A stretch of 33,076 bases of DNA from NCBI GenBank assembly GCA_046758705.1, contig JBHIAT010000020.1, forward strand, positions 1 to 33,076, read 5' to 3'. The position numbers were made by a program, and so were the translations under genes. The DNA comes from Candidatus Bipolaricaulia bacterium. Its GTDB lineage: Bacteria; Bipolaricaulota; Bipolaricaulia; JBHIAT01. Below are positions 8,532-17,300 of this stretch, one piece after another; positions within the stretch are counted from its first letter, which is position 1; each line of letters starts with the position of its first letter. The notes under the pieces were generated by a model. The model worked only from the letters and a program-made list of their open reading frames with translations, did not search any database and was not told the DNA's origin.

Positions 8532-8794
8532 GACACGATCCTAAAACCTGGCAAAGGGAGAGAACAAAGAAGGGTAAAGACGAATCTCCTAACCGGCTAT
8601 GGGGCAACCAACGGCCAAATGCAGACCTTTCTCCTTCGAACCGGAACCTTCGATTGACAACCCTCTATCCCTTATCATCTTGACCATGGCGCTCCCGGTC
8701 CTCCCCCAAGCTCTTCCCTTCACCTGCCCCATTTAATCTTCAATCTCTCGGGGTGTCACCACCACCTCATGATAGCAATCCATCATCTACATTT

Positions 8795-8823
8795 AGGATA
8801 CCAAAAACCGACGTTGAGATCAA
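8795..8823 (-). promoter_or_regulatory. Putative promoter upstream of folK-rng
   Basis: Minus strand reads TTGATC-N17-TATCCT with a TGn extended -10. Confidence 0.45.
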
Positions 8824-8850
8824 CCAGTCATCCACCTCCGAAACGATCGG

Positions 8851-9636
8851 TTAGACCAACTCGGCAAGCCTTCCGAACCGGTAGATGTGGCCGTCATCGG
8901 AGATCGGGTAGACCTCGAACTGCGCCAACCGGGACTCGTTGATGAACGGAGAGATCACGTGCTCTTGGGCGAGGTTGCTCCCCTTGACCAGCAGGTTGAA
9001 TGACGGCTGCACCACGAGCGTCCGGTTCCGGAACTTTCCCTTGAGAAAACATTTGTAGATCTCGGTCCGTCCGGTGATCGGGTCTCTCAGGCTCAGCGCC
9101 GGATGCTCGTGGCCGATGATGATCGTCTCAGCCGATCCGGGGAGATCTTCCGGCAACACATGCCCGTGGACGATCCAGAATCCGTCAAGGGTCACAGCCT
9201 CGTTGACCTCCACCTGGGCCTGTGCCTGAACCTGTTCCTGGGCAGCGACCAGCTCGTTCAGCTGCATATCATGGTTGCCCTTGATGATCACCACCTTTTG
9301 GCTTCGTTCCTGAAGAAAGTCGATGAACTTGAGGGCTTCGGATCGTTCTTCCGGTGAGATCGGTCCGTGCTGGTGCTTCAGGTCGCCGTTGATGACGATC
9401 GTGGCGGGCCGCTTCCGGGCCTGGGTCAGTGCCTTCAGGATCCGGGTCAGCCGCTCCAGCACCCGATCGAGGTGCCCCTTGGGGAGCAACAGCCCCTCCC
9501 GGGTCAGCGCCGCCTCATACCCCAGATGGGGGTCGGCGATGATCAGGGCGTTTGGCTCGGCCAGATAGACGGCCAGGTCGACGAGGTAAACGCCGTCGTC
9601 CAACTCGATCCTCCGCTTCCCAGCGCCGCCGCTCAT
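8851..9636 (-). CDS. Calcineurin-like metallophosphoesterase (MJ0037/PdeM-like, SbcD/Mre11-related fold)
   Basis: All five motifs present: ADPHLGYE, NGDLKH, GNHD, HGH and GHEHP, plus PSFN..GS. Confidence 0.88.
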   Translation of the reverse strand: MSGGAGKRRIELDDGVYLVDLAVYLAEPNALIIADPHLGYEAALTREGLLLPKGHLDRVLERLTRILKALTQARKRPATIVINGDLKHQHGPISPEERSEALKFIDFLQERSQKVVIIKGNHDMQLNELVAAQEQVQAQAQVEVNEAVTLDGFWIVHGHVLPEDLPGSAETIIIGHEHPALSLRDPITGRTEIYKCFLKGKFRNRTLVVQPSFNLLVKGSNLAQEHVISPFINESRLAQFEVYPISDDGHIYRFGRLAELV

Positions 9637-9654
9637 CCTATCCTTCGCCCGTCA

Positions 9655-9699
9655 GAAACAGAACGCCCCGTCCGGTCGTCAGACGGGGCGTTCTGTTTC
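9655..9699 (-). terminator. Intrinsic terminator-like hairpin downstream of the FecR-domain gene
   Basis: Perfect 18-bp inverted repeat GAAACAGAACGCCCCGTC / GACGGGGCGTTCTGTTTC with a 9-nt loop. The GC core is followed by a T-rich tail. Confidence 0.75.
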
Positions 9700-9725
9700 C
9701 AGTACAGAGTTCAGAGGCTCCGACC

Positions 9726-11600
9726 TCAGAGAATGACCTCGATTTCGATGATCGTGGCCGGAAAGAGACCGGATCCCGGACCGGGGATCGTCCGCTTGAA
9801 GATGGCGACCACCCCTTCCTTGATCGGATACCTGGCGGAGAGCTCCAGAAGCGAGTCTTGGTTCCAGAGGTCTGCAAAATCGACCTGCGTCTGAGTGAAC
9901 GCGAGGTTCCCCTGCAGGTTCTCCGTCAGGAACAGGGCAAGCTCGGCGGTCAACCGATCTGGAGAGCTCACGAATCTCTCGTAGCGAGCTGCCGCCGTAA
10001 AGTTCTGAAGGAAGCTGAACGCCGCCTCGACCAGGACCCCTTGGGACGCATCGGGTTGGCCTGTTTGCACTGGATCCAGATCGCGGGGCAGCACCTCAAA
10101 AGTCTCATCGAAGAAGCCGTAATAGAAGTCGTTCCCGCTCCGATAAGCGGCCCGCAGGTCGATCCCGAGGACGTTCGTGGCGACCCCGAGCTCGGTTCCG
10201 AGGTTGGGATCGACATCACCCCGCACGTACGTCCCGGCCTGAGCGTAGACCCTGGTCGGATTGCCGAGCGTCCAGATGGCATCGAGACCACCACCGATGA
10301 TCGTATTAGCGCTGTTCCCCACGACCTGTGCCCCGATCTGGAGCGGGAGGGCTGCCAACGGCTGCCAGAACCCCCGGAGACCGACGACGGTGCTCTCCTC
10401 CAAAGGGAATAAACCCTCGACACCCAACCGGTTGCCGAGCCGCAGCCGGAGGGCATTTTCTTCGTTCGTGGAGTAGTTGCGCATGAACAGGCCCTCGCCG
10501 AACCACTGACCATCGAGTGCACCGTAGAGCAACCCAAACGGATCCGTCTCGATCCCCACAGACCGGATGAGCTGTAGCAGCTGTGTGAAATCCCCTGGGA
10601 GGAGCGAGACGTCCCCAGTGACCGGATCGGCGAAGAAGCCGAAGGCTTCCGGACGCGGAGGTACCGCAGTCTGATCTCCCGCGTCGTACCACAGGTTCAG
10701 GTTAACCCCCAACTGGACGGTGCCGCCGAAGAGGCTGAAGTTCGGCCTCAGGCTGACGTTAAACAGGGCCCGATCGCCGACCGACGTCGTCCCCACGGTG
10801 CCGCTTCCTCCGCCTCCGAAGAGCGGCGGTGGAGTGGGCTCTGGTGTCGGGGTCGGGGTTGGGGTCGGCATGGGTGGTTCAGGCTCCGCCGAGGTCTTAT
10901 CGGGGCTCATTCCCTCAGAGGGTGGGCTCAGGGACCCATCCTCTAAGATCGCCGTCACCAGCCCGGCGAGCAGTTGGACGCTAGCGCCGGTGATCTTGCT
11001 GAGCACGTCCACGATCCCCGTGATCGAGCCGAACTCAGTGCTGCCGACCCGTCCCCAAAACTCGGTGCCGCGTACCGCCGCCACCGCCGACTCGGTCTCG
11101 ACCTCGAACTTGTCCTCCGCCCCGAATGCCCGCTGACCTGCCTCGGCCACCTTGGCGAATAGCGTCCCCTGGAGCAGACCGATGTTCGTACTCCTCGGGT
11201 CGTCCGGCAGAGCCAGTTCATTGATGCGAATCTGGGTCTTCTCGTTGAGCTCGATCTCGTCCCCAGGCCCGAGGATCCTCAGGATCACGTACGAACCGTC
11301 CAGGACGAAAATCTCATCGCCGATACCGAGCTGCATGCCGACGAACGCGATCTGCAAAAGCTCCAAGCCAGCCGACCTCACCGCCGCCGCCCCCACGAGC
11401 TCGATGATCTCAACCACCGGTGCCGGTTGCACCACCTCTTCCACCTCTTCTGCCTCTCGCTCCGGCTCCAGCCCAGGCTCCCGTTCCTCCTGGGCATAGA
11501 CAACTGAGGATAACGATACCACCATAAGAGACAGGATTAAGCACAGGAGCAGACCGAGACGGCCCGGTTTGCCGATTCTATCCGTTCGATGCGCTTGCAT
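9726..11600 (-). CDS. Exported FecR-domain protein with Pro/Thr linker and C-terminal beta-rich (probable barrel) domain
   Basis: Signal-peptide-like segment ending VYA-QEE. FecR-type ETESAVAAVRGTEF, then a PTPTPTPTPEPTPPP-GGGG linker and alternating-hydrophobic strands to the C-terminus. ATG 11600 follows AAGGAAGGGG. Confidence 0.75.
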   Translation of the reverse strand: MQAHRTDRIGKPGRLGLLLCLILSLMVVSLSSVVYAQEEREPGLEPEREAEEVEEVVQPAPVVEIIELVGAAAVRSAGLELLQIAFVGMQLGIGDEIFVLDGSYVILRILGPGDEIELNEKTQIRINELALPDDPRSTNIGLLQGTLFAKVAEAGQRAFGAEDKFEVETESAVAAVRGTEFWGRVGSTEFGSITGIVDVLSKITGASVQLLAGLVTAILEDGSLSPPSEGMSPDKTSAEPEPPMPTPTPTPTPEPTPPPLFGGGGSGTVGTTSVGDRALFNVSLRPNFSLFGGTVQLGVNLNLWYDAGDQTAVPPRPEAFGFFADPVTGDVSLLPGDFTQLLQLIRSVGIETDPFGLLYGALDGQWFGEGLFMRNYSTNEENALRLRLGNRLGVEGLFPLEESTVVGLRGFWQPLAALPLQIGAQVVGNSANTIIGGGLDAIWTLGNPTRVYAQAGTYVRGDVDPNLGTELGVATNVLGIDLRAAYRSGNDFYYGFFDETFEVLPRDLDPVQTGQPDASQGVLVEAAFSFLQNFTAAARYERFVSSPDRLTAELALFLTENLQGNLAFTQTQVDFADLWNQDSLLELSARYPIKEGVVAIFKRTIPGPGSGLFPATIIEIEVIL

Positions 11601-11695
11601 TGCCACCCCTTCCTTTGTGGAGAGCTTACAGTTTAATGTATAATAGCCCCCGTATCGGGGAATTGCAAATTGCAGATTTTAGGGTCCGGAAGAAG

Positions 11696-12178
11696 ATGAA
11701 CAGCACATTTGAGGGGAAGCCGGTGCGCGCGTCGCAGGTGGAGATGGTCAAGGCGGTCCAACCGGAGGATACCAACCCGATGGGAACCGCCTTTGGAGGA
11801 CGGGTGGTGGAGTGGATGGACATGATCGCGGCCATCGCCGCCAGCCGACACGCCCGTAAGCCGGTGGTCACCGCTGCAATCGATACGCTGAACTTCCTGT
11901 CCCCGATCCCTCAGGGACACATCGCCGTGCTCAAGGCATCGGTCAATTATACCGGCCGCACCTCGATGGAAGTCGGGGTGTGGGTCGAATCGGAGAACCC
12001 GCTGACCGGAGAGCGAAAGCAGACCTCGAGCGGCTACTTCACGTTCGTCGCCCTCGACGAGCAGGGGCGTCCCACACCAGTCCCGCCGGTCATCCCGGAG
12101 ACCGACGACGAGAAGCGCCAGTACGAGGAGGCGAGGGCGCGGCGCGAGGAGAAGCTGCGACAGCGGGAGATGCAATAA
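11696..12178 (+). CDS. Hotdog-fold acyl-CoA thioesterase (YciA-like)
   Basis: P.DTNP.GT.FGG....WMD..A, VVTAAID, F..PI..G, VNYTGRTSMEVGV and FTFVALDEQGRP.PVP. Confidence 0.92.
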   Translation: MNSTFEGKPVRASQVEMVKAVQPEDTNPMGTAFGGRVVEWMDMIAAIAASRHARKPVVTAAIDTLNFLSPIPQGHIAVLKASVNYTGRTSMEVGVWVESENPLTGERKQTSSGYFTFVALDEQGRPTPVPPVIPETDDEKRQYEEARARREEKLRQREMQ

Positions 12179-12197
12179 GCAATTAGGCCCGGTCATT

Positions 12198-12226
12198 TTG
12201 ACATACAAAATTTTTTATATTAATTT
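12198..12226 (+). promoter_or_regulatory. Putative sigma70-type promoter of the PKS/NRPS cluster
   Basis: TTGACA-N17-TAATTT in a very AT-rich spacer, followed by an AAGGGGA RBS and GTG 12242 / ATG 12245. Confidence 0.65.
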
Positions 12227-12244
12227 AGGAAAAAAGGGGATGTG

Positions 12245-14326
12245 ATGACCACCTCTCCCAATCTTTCTGAATCTACGTTTGAGCCTTTTACATTGGTCGA
12301 TCTCCTCCGCTGGAGAGCACTCCACCAGCCTAACCAGCGGGCCTATACCTTCCTGACAGATGGGGAAACAGAAGAAGTCAGCCTAACCTATGGAGAGTTG
12401 GACCGGCAGGCCCGGGCCATCGGGGCCTGGCTTCAGAGCTTGGCGGCAACTGGAGAGCGTGCGCTTTTGCTCTACCCGCCGGGTCTGGAATACATTGCTG
12501 CATTTTTCGGGTGCCTGTACGCCGGAGTCGTTGCCGTTCCCGCTTATTCACCCCGACCTAACCGACCCATGTCTCGGATCCAGGCGATTGTGGCAGATGC
12601 GCAGGCAACGTTGGCTTTCACTACCACAACGATCTTGTCCAGGATGGAGCGTTGGTATGTCGATGTTCTAGACCTGAGATCTCTGAACTGGTTGGTGACC
12701 GACAAAGTCGCCAGCGACCTGGCGAAGGGGTGGCGGGATCCAAAGGTCAACGATGAAACCCTGGCTTTTCTCCAGTACACTTCGGGCTCTACGGCTGTGC
12801 CCAAGGGCGTGATGCTCACCCACGGCAACCTGCTCCACAATTCGGCCCTGATCCATCGGGTGTTCGAGCATACGCCCGACAGCCGGGGCGTGAGCTGGCT
12901 GCCGCCCTACCACGACCTGGGGCTCATCGGAGGGGTGCTGCAACCTCTCTACGGTGGGTTTCCGATGACACTTATGTCACCGGTCAGCTTCCTGCAACAC
13001 CCCGTCCGGTGGCTGAAAGCCATCTCCCGTTACAAGGCCACCACCAGCGGTGGGCCGAACTTCGCCTATGACCTGTGCGTCCGCAAGATCATCCCTAACC
13101 AGCGAGCGACCCTCGACTTGAGCAGCTGGGACATGGCGTTTAATGGCGCTGAGCCCATCCGCCGTGAGACCTTGGAGCGGTTCGCAGTGGCCTTTGAGCC
13201 CTGTGGCTTCCGTCGAGAGGCCTTTTACCCTGGCTACGGACTCGCTGAGGCAACTATGTTCGTTTCCGGTGGCTTGAAAGTCGCTCCACCCACCGTTCAG
13301 ATCTTCCAGGAGACAGCACTGAAGCACGACCAGGCGGTTGCAGCCTCCGAAAGGGATGGGGGCACCCAGACGCTTGTGGGCTGCGGTCAGGCCCTGCTGG
13401 ACCAAAAGATCCTCATCGTTCACCCCGAAAAGTTGACCCCGTGCTTGCCCGATCAAGTGGGCGAGATCTGGGTATCGAGCCCCAGCGTTGCCCAGGGTTA
13501 CTGGAACCGCCCTGAGGAGATGGAACGGACTTTCAACGCGTACCTATCCGATACGGGTGAGGGCCCGTTTCTACGCACCGGAGATCTGGGGTTTGTTTAC
13601 GATGGGGAGCTATTCGTTACCGGTCGACTCAAGGACTTGATCATCATCCGGGGCCACAACCATTACCCTCAGGACATCGAACTGACGATAGAACGGAGTC
13701 ACCCAGCGCTGCGGCCGGGCTGCAGTGCAGCGTTTTCAGTAAACGCGGCCGGTGACGAGCGGCTGGTGATTGTTCAGGAGGTCGAGCGTCATGACCGGAA
13801 TCCGAATGTAGATGAGGTAGCTGGGGCCATCCGACAATCGGTGGCTGAAGATCACGATGTGCAAGTTTATGCCGTGGTACTGATCAAGTACGGGAGCATC
13901 CCTAAGACCTCCAGCAGCAAGATTCAGCGGCACGCCTGTCGGGCCGGGTTCCTGGAGGGGAGCCTGAATGTGGTGGGAGCGTGGCGGGCAACTGTAGCTG
14001 AGGCAAGTTCCAGAGACAGAGAGCCGGTGGACGTGCCGAGAAGGAGCGCGGCGGACATCGAAGCCTGGCTGGTGTCACAGATCTCAGGGCGGTTGGGCAT
14101 GGATCCTGACGATATAGACATCGGCCAGCCCTTTGTCCAATATGGTCTGGATTCAATACAGGCGGTGAGCATCGCCCAGGAACTCGAAACGTGGCTGGGT
14201 CTTTCTCTCTCTCCCACTCTGGCTTGGGATTATCCCACAATTGAGGCGCTTTCCCGGCATCTGATCGAGGAGTTCAAGACTTCAGAGTCGGCTGTGGAAG
14301 CCGATACGACTGCATCAGAAAGGTGA
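12245..14326 (+). CDS. Fatty acyl-AMP ligase fused to ACP (FAAL-ACP loading protein)
   Basis: AFLQYTSGSTAVPKGV, SWLPPYHDLGLIG, GGPNFAY, YGLAEAT, FLRTGDLG, GRLKDLII.RG.NHYPQDIE and PKTSSSKIQR. C-terminal ACP GLDSI...WDYPTI. Confidence 0.93.
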   Translation: MTTSPNLSESTFEPFTLVDLLRWRALHQPNQRAYTFLTDGETEEVSLTYGELDRQARAIGAWLQSLAATGERALLLYPPGLEYIAAFFGCLYAGVVAVPAYSPRPNRPMSRIQAIVADAQATLAFTTTTILSRMERWYVDVLDLRSLNWLVTDKVASDLAKGWRDPKVNDETLAFLQYTSGSTAVPKGVMLTHGNLLHNSALIHRVFEHTPDSRGVSWLPPYHDLGLIGGVLQPLYGGFPMTLMSPVSFLQHPVRWLKAISRYKATTSGGPNFAYDLCVRKIIPNQRATLDLSSWDMAFNGAEPIRRETLERFAVAFEPCGFRREAFYPGYGLAEATMFVSGGLKVAPPTVQIFQETALKHDQAVAASERDGGTQTLVGCGQALLDQKILIVHPEKLTPCLPDQVGEIWVSSPSVAQGYWNRPEEMERTFNAYLSDTGEGPFLRTGDLGFVYDGELFVTGRLKDLIIIRGHNHYPQDIELTIERSHPALRPGCSAAFSVNAAGDERLVIVQEVERHDRNPNVDEVAGAIRQSVAEDHDVQVYAVVLIKYGSIPKTSSSKIQRHACRAGFLEGSLNVVGAWRATVAEASSRDREPVDVPRRSAADIEAWLVSQISGRLGMDPDDIDIGQPFVQYGLDSIQAVSIAQELETWLGLSLSPTLAWDYPTIEALSRHLIEEFKTSESAVEADTTASER

Positions 14327-14329
14327 GCA

Positions 14330-17300
14330 ATGATGAGTGGAACGGAACCGATCGCTGTCGTTGGCCTCGGCTGTCGTTTTCCTGGCGCCAACGACCCCGA
14401 AGCTTTCTGGAAGCTGTTGCGAGATGGAGTGGATGCCATCAGCGAAGTTCCGCCGAACCGGTGGGACGTCAATGCCCTCTACGACCCGGACCCTACAGCA
14501 CCGGGGAAGATGAGCACCCGCTGGGGCGGATTCCTGGAAGGGTCGGATCGTTTTGACTGCCATTTCTTCGGCATCTCCCCTCGGGAAGTGGCCGCCATGG
14601 ACCTGCAGCAACGTCTGCTGATGGAGGTGGCTTGGGAGGCGTTGGAAAACGCTGCCCAGACACCAGAACAGTTGAAAGACGGTCGGACCGGCGTGTTCAT
14701 CGGAATCTCCAGCTTCGACTGGACGATGCTTTCGAATGACCTAAATCTTATTGAGGCCTATCACGGCACAGGTAGTGCCCTGAGCATTGCGGCCAACCGC
14801 CTGTCCTACCTGTTTGACCTGAAAGGACCCAGTCTATCGGTGGATACCGCTTGTTCGTCGTCGCTCGTCGCGGTTCACCTGGCGTGCCAAAGCCTGTGGA
14901 ACCGGGAGTCCGACTTGGTCCTGGCTGGAGGCGTGAATGTGATCCTTTCCCCGCGGGTGACCATCACGCTGTCTAAGGCACACATGTTGGCCGCCGATGG
15001 TCGCTGTAAGACCTTCGACGCCGCGGCCGACGGCTATGTTCGGGGAGAAGGCTGCGGCATCGTCGTCCTCAAACGCCTCTCCGATGCGCTCCAGGACAAC
15101 GACCATATATGGGCACTTGTGCGAGGCACAGCGGTCAACCAGGATGGCCGCAGCAACGGGCTCACTGCACCTAACGGACCCGCCCAACAGGCGGCGATCC
15201 GCCAGGCCCTGAAAAACGCCGGGATGACGCCGGATCAAATCCACTACGTCGAAGCCCACGGTACCGGCACCGCCTTGGGCGATCCCATCGAGGTCCAAGC
15301 GCTCGCCGCCGTGATGAAACAGGGACGTTCACCGGACCAACCGTGTGTCATCGGTTCGGTGAAGCCGAACATCGGCCATCTGGAAGGCGCCGCCGGGGTC
15401 TCCAGCTTCATCAAAGCGGTGCTCACCCTGTTTCACGAGGAGATCCCTCCCCAGATTCACTTCAACAAGCTCAACCCCTATATCCGTTTGGAGGACACGC
15501 TCGTGATCCCTACCGAGCGGCAACCTTGGCCCGCAGGAGATGGACCGCGCTTTGCCGGGGTAGGCTCGTTCGGCTTCGGTGGAACCAATTGCCATGTAGT
15601 GCTAGAGGAGGCACCGATACTGAAGCAGGACCGATCACCGACACCGTTCAAGGTCGAGCGCCCGCTCCATCTGCTGACCTTGTCCGCAAAGGGCGACCGC
15701 GTACTGAGGCGACTGGCCCGTCGCTTTGAGGATCACCTGGCAACGCATCCTTCATCACCGCTCCCCGATATCTGCTTCACCGCCAATACGGGAAGGTCCC
15801 ATTTCGACCACCGCCTCGCTGTCACCGCCGATTCCAGCGAACAGCTGCGTGAAAGGCTGAATGCGTTCGCCACCGGGAATGGGAAGCAGACGACCGGATT
15901 ACTGAGCCAGCAGGTACGGAGTCAGAGTCGGCCAAAGGTGGTGTTCCTTTTTACAGGGCAGGGTTCACAGGAACCCGGAATGGGGAAGAAGCTTTACGAG
16001 ACCCAACCCACGTTTCGCAAAGCCCTGAACCGGTGTGCCGAACTCCTCGATCCCCACCTAGAGCAGCCGCTGTTATCGGTGCTCCATTCCGAATCGGGGG
16101 CTCGTTCACCGCTGCACCAGACCGTATACGCCCAGCCGGCGCTGTTTGCACTCGAGTATGCCCTGGCCGAAATGTGGCGGTCGTGGGGGATAGAACCTAG
16201 CGCGGTCATGGGCCACAGCATAGGTGAATATGCGGCCGCCTGTGTCGCCGGTGTGCTCAGCCTGGAAGATGGCCTCAAGCTCGTCGCAGAGCGGGCGCGC
16301 CTGATACAGGCTCTGCCCCAGGATGGGATGATGGCGGTCGTGTTTGCCGATGAAGCGCAACTGGCTGCCGCTCTGGCTCCGTACCAAGAGCATGTCTCTA
16401 TTTCCGCGGTCAACGGCCCGGAGAACACGGTGATCTCAGGTGTCCGGAAGGCAGTACTGGCGGTGATCGAGCAACTGAAGTCCGAGGGAGTTGCCGCTCA
16501 GCCACTGACCGTCTCCCACGCATTCCACTCCCCTCTGATGGAGCCTATGCTCGACGCGTTTGAGCGGACGGTGAGCCAATTGCAATTTGAAGCCCTGCGC
16601 ATTCCGCTGATCTCCAACCTGACCGGACAGATGCTGGAGCCTGGCGACGTCCCCGATGTCGACTACTGGCGGCGTCATCTTCGAGAGCCGGTGCGATTTG
16701 CGGCGGGGATCAACACGCTTTCCGAGCAAGGCTATGAGCTCTTCTTAGAGTTGGGTCCGAAACCCTCGCTGTTGAGCATGGGAAAGCGGTGCCTACCGAA
16801 AGGCAAGGGTACCTGGCTGCCGTCGTTGCGGTCGGGTCAAGATGATTGGCAGGTGGTACTGAACAGCTTGGGGGCCCTATACACCCATGGAGTCGATGTG
16901 GACTGGGTCGGATTTGACCAGGACTACGAGCGTCGTCGGGTCCCTCTGCCAACCTATCCGTTTGAGCGAGAGCCACTCGATTCGGGTCGAGGTCGGACCG
17001 CGACGTTCCAGATGTCGACCCGACATCCGTTGCTGGGCCAGCGGCTGCGTTCAGCGCATCATATCTTCGAATCCCAGCTCAGTACCCGTTCCTATGCCTA
17101 TTTGGGAGATCACCGGGTCCAGGGGGCGGTGGTGCTGCCGGCAACGGCTTACGTGGAGATGGCTCTGGGCGCTGCTGCCGAGGTGCTCAACGAGGAACCC
17201 CACGTCCTGTCTCTGACGGAGATCGAATTTCAAAAGGCGCTCTTCTTCACAGAGGACGAGTGGCGAACGGTTCAACTGATCCTCTCTCCCGATGATGTGA

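Noticed and set aside
8532-8850. THF riboswitch upstream of folK
   Set aside because: No recognisable conserved riboswitch sequence blocks by eye.
9552-10412. 286-aa plus-strand ORF
   Set aside because: Antisense to the FecR gene and crosses the terminator hairpin.
10811-10880. Short tandem repeats resembling an array
   Set aside because: They encode the Pro-Thr linker. No CRISPR repeat-spacer structure or cas genes were seen in the window.
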